Source: Chloroflexota bacterium (GTDB lineage: Bacteria > Chloroflexota > Limnocylindria > Limnocylindrales > CSP1-4). Taken from it: a stretch of DNA of 34,832 nt. A program made the position numbers and the translations under genes. The notes beneath the pieces were generated by a model. That model searched no databases. It was not told where the DNA came from and worked only from the letters and a program-made list of their open reading frames with translations. The stretch spans positions 1 to 34,832 of the forward strand of contig JACVXW010000001.1 of NCBI GenBank assembly GCA_015661135.1, given 5' to 3'. The stretch's first letter is position 1. Every line of letters starts with the position of its first letter. Below are positions 33,508-34,832 of this stretch, piece after piece.

Positions 33508-34251
33508 GTGCTGCTGACGGTCATCGGAGCGGGACCGGCCTACGCGGATACGGCAGGCTCCGTGGGAGCGTGCTATCTGGTTCGGTCGGGTGATCAGGCG
33601 ATCGCCCTTGACCTGGGCCACGGAGCGTTTGCCGGTCTCGCCGGGCGCATCGCGCCGGAGCGCCTTGAGTCCGTGCTGATCAGCCACCTCCACCCGGACC
33701 ACTTCGTGGACCTGGTGCCGCTCCGCCACTACCTTCGGTATCACCTGGTTCCAGCTCGTCGGCTGCGGGTGGACGCGCCGGGTGACCTGGCCGCGCGATT
33801 GGACGGCCTTCACGCGGAGCCTGGGTTCGCGGCCGCGGCCCTGGACGTCGCACCGCTCGAGCCGGGGCTCCGCAGGCTCGGCCCGTTCGAGGTGCAGGTG
33901 GCCCGGGTGGCGCATACGAATGACAGCTACGCGTTCCGCGTCTCGGACGGGGCGGGTCCGGGCCTTGTCTACTCGGGCGATCTCGGCACGGTGGACGACC
34001 TGCGGCCGCTCACTCGCGAGGGTGACGCGCTGCTCATCGAGGTCTCTTTCGGTGAGGGACCGGTCCCGGAGGGCGCGTCCCACCTGGACGCGCCAGCGGT
34101 CGGCGGCTTCGCGGCCGCGGCCCGCGCCGGTCGCGTCCTGCTGACGCATCTGCTGATGGGACGTGATCCGGTGGAGGTGATCCGGACCGTGCGCGCACGG
34201 TACGCCGGGCCGGTGGAACTCGTGGTGCCGGGCTTCGAAGCCGACGTCTGA
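33508..34251 (+). CDS. MBL-fold metallo-hydrolase
   Basis: The HxHxDH motif is SHLHPDHF, preceded by ACYLV...ALDLGHG. HTNDSYAF and LLTHL lie downstream. Confidence 0.85.
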   Translation: MLLTVIGAGPAYADTAGSVGACYLVRSGDQAIALDLGHGAFAGLAGRIAPERLESVLISHLHPDHFVDLVPLRHYLRYHLVPARRLRVDAPGDLAARLDGLHAEPGFAAAALDVAPLEPGLRRLGPFEVQVARVAHTNDSYAFRVSDGAGPGLVYSGDLGTVDDLRPLTREGDALLIEVSFGEGPVPEGASHLDAPAVGGFAAAARAGRVLLTHLLMGRDPVEVIRTVRARYAGPVELVVPGFEADV

Positions 34252-34510
34252 CGGCGGCATCCGGTCCGATCCCGCGATCCTGCCCTATGACCGCCGCCGG
34301 AGCACTGTGCAGATGGCCGGCAGCCGCTCGGCGGCACGGGATGGCCGAATCCATGTGCTCGCCGGTTCACGTCTCGGCCGCTGAGCGTGGTGGGCGCCCG
34401 GTCAGCCCCGGGCCCGGGGCTCGATGACCGTTCGACCTCGCCTGTACTCGCGGAGTGCTCCCTGGGCGAGCACAAGCCAGGAAATCGCCCTGTCGTGGAC
34501 CGGGAATCGA

Positions 34511-34543
34511 ACGACCGGGATGCGGGCACGGCATCCCGGTCGT
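34511..34543 (-). terminator. 13-bp perfect-stem hairpin about 30 nt downstream of the minus-strand surface-protein gene
   Basis: ACGACCGGGATGC (34511-34523) pairs with GCATCCCGGTCGT (34531-34543) around a 7-nt loop. The trailing U-tract is weak (UCGAUUCCC on the minus strand). Confidence 0.45.
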
Positions 34544-34574
34544 CGGTGCTCGGGGACAGCGACCCCCGTGGGGG

Positions 34575-34832
34575 TTACTCCGTCGCTTCGGCCTCGCGAC
34601 GGCGGGTGGGAGCAAGGAGGACGGCGGCGCAGGCGAGTCCGGCGAGGCCGAGGATGATCATGAGGTACGAGCCGCCAGTGACGACATCGGAGACCGTGTC
34701 GGTCGCGGGGAGCTCAAAGGTCGGGCCGACTGCGACCTCGCCAAGGACTTCCTGGGTGGGCGGGTTTCCGCCCGACGCGCCACCGTCGGTCGAGCCGTTG
34801 GTCGAGCCGGTCGAGCCGCCCGTGCTGCCGTC
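34575..34832 (-). CDS. C-terminal fragment of a secreted/surface protein with sorting-signal-like tail (N-terminus outside window)
   Basis: The reverse strand reads ...GSTGGSTGSTNGSTDGGASGG...TFELPATDTVSDVVTGGSYLMIILGLAGLACAAVLLAPTRRREAEATE*. This is a Gly/Ser/Thr linker, an LPxT-like motif, a hydrophobic helix and then a basic tail. Confidence 0.65.
   Translation of the reverse strand, partial: DGSTGGSTGSTNGSTDGGASGGNPPTQEVLGEVAVGPTFELPATDTVSDVVTGGSYLMIILGLAGLACAAVLLAPTRRREAEATE

Noticed and set aside
34496-34515. T-loop-like string CGTTCGATTCCCG (minus strand) suggesting a tRNA or tmRNA 3-prime end
   Set aside because: The flanks do not form T-stem or acceptor pairing. The string overlaps the left arm of the 13-bp hairpin at 34511-34543.

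Overview
Very high-GC chromosomal segment (by eye about 70 percent, not computed). Gene content and signals look Actinomycetota-like, though Chloroflexota cannot be excluded. I can support about 38 protein-coding genes, one tRNA-Glu(UUC), a few hairpin terminators and several short repeat or palindrome clusters.

The content is mostly core metabolism and envelope or stress signalling:
- hemC (partial), preceded by an excisionase-type HTH gene
- an ECF42-type sigma factor with its DGPF/YciI partner and a DUF2652-SRPBCC fusion gene
- a Ku-less LigC plus Prim-PolC-like repair pair
- Usp and L25/Ctc
- an OmpR-type regulator, histidine kinase and HtrA protease module
- a folC-folP-folB operon headed by an unknown Cys-containing protein
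- a PASTA Ser/Thr kinase, galU, and an EamA transporter operon
- a FAH-tdh-kbl-PHP phosphatase operon
- a second ECF sigma/anti-sigma pair and an MBL-fold hydrolase

Many neighbouring genes overlap at stop/start (ATGA, GTGA, TTGA, TAATG). I saw no transposase, integrase, CRISPR array, toxin-antitoxin pair or recognisable defence system, and no clear-cut novel multi-gene system.

The leads most worth a second look are:
1. The cyclase-like/SRPBCC gene heading the ECF42-DGPF operon.
2. The Prim-PolC-like polymerase, which has an unusually short spacing between catalytic motifs I and II and a long G-run-rich C-terminal extension.
3. A 400-bp non-coding region upstream of ligC carrying four copies of GTGGCGCAC in palindromic and tandem arrangements.
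4. An apparent frameshift splitting the sensor kinase.
5. A 413-bp structured non-coding stretch downstream of tRNA-Glu.

The long ORFs antisense to recognisable genes are treated as high-GC artefacts.
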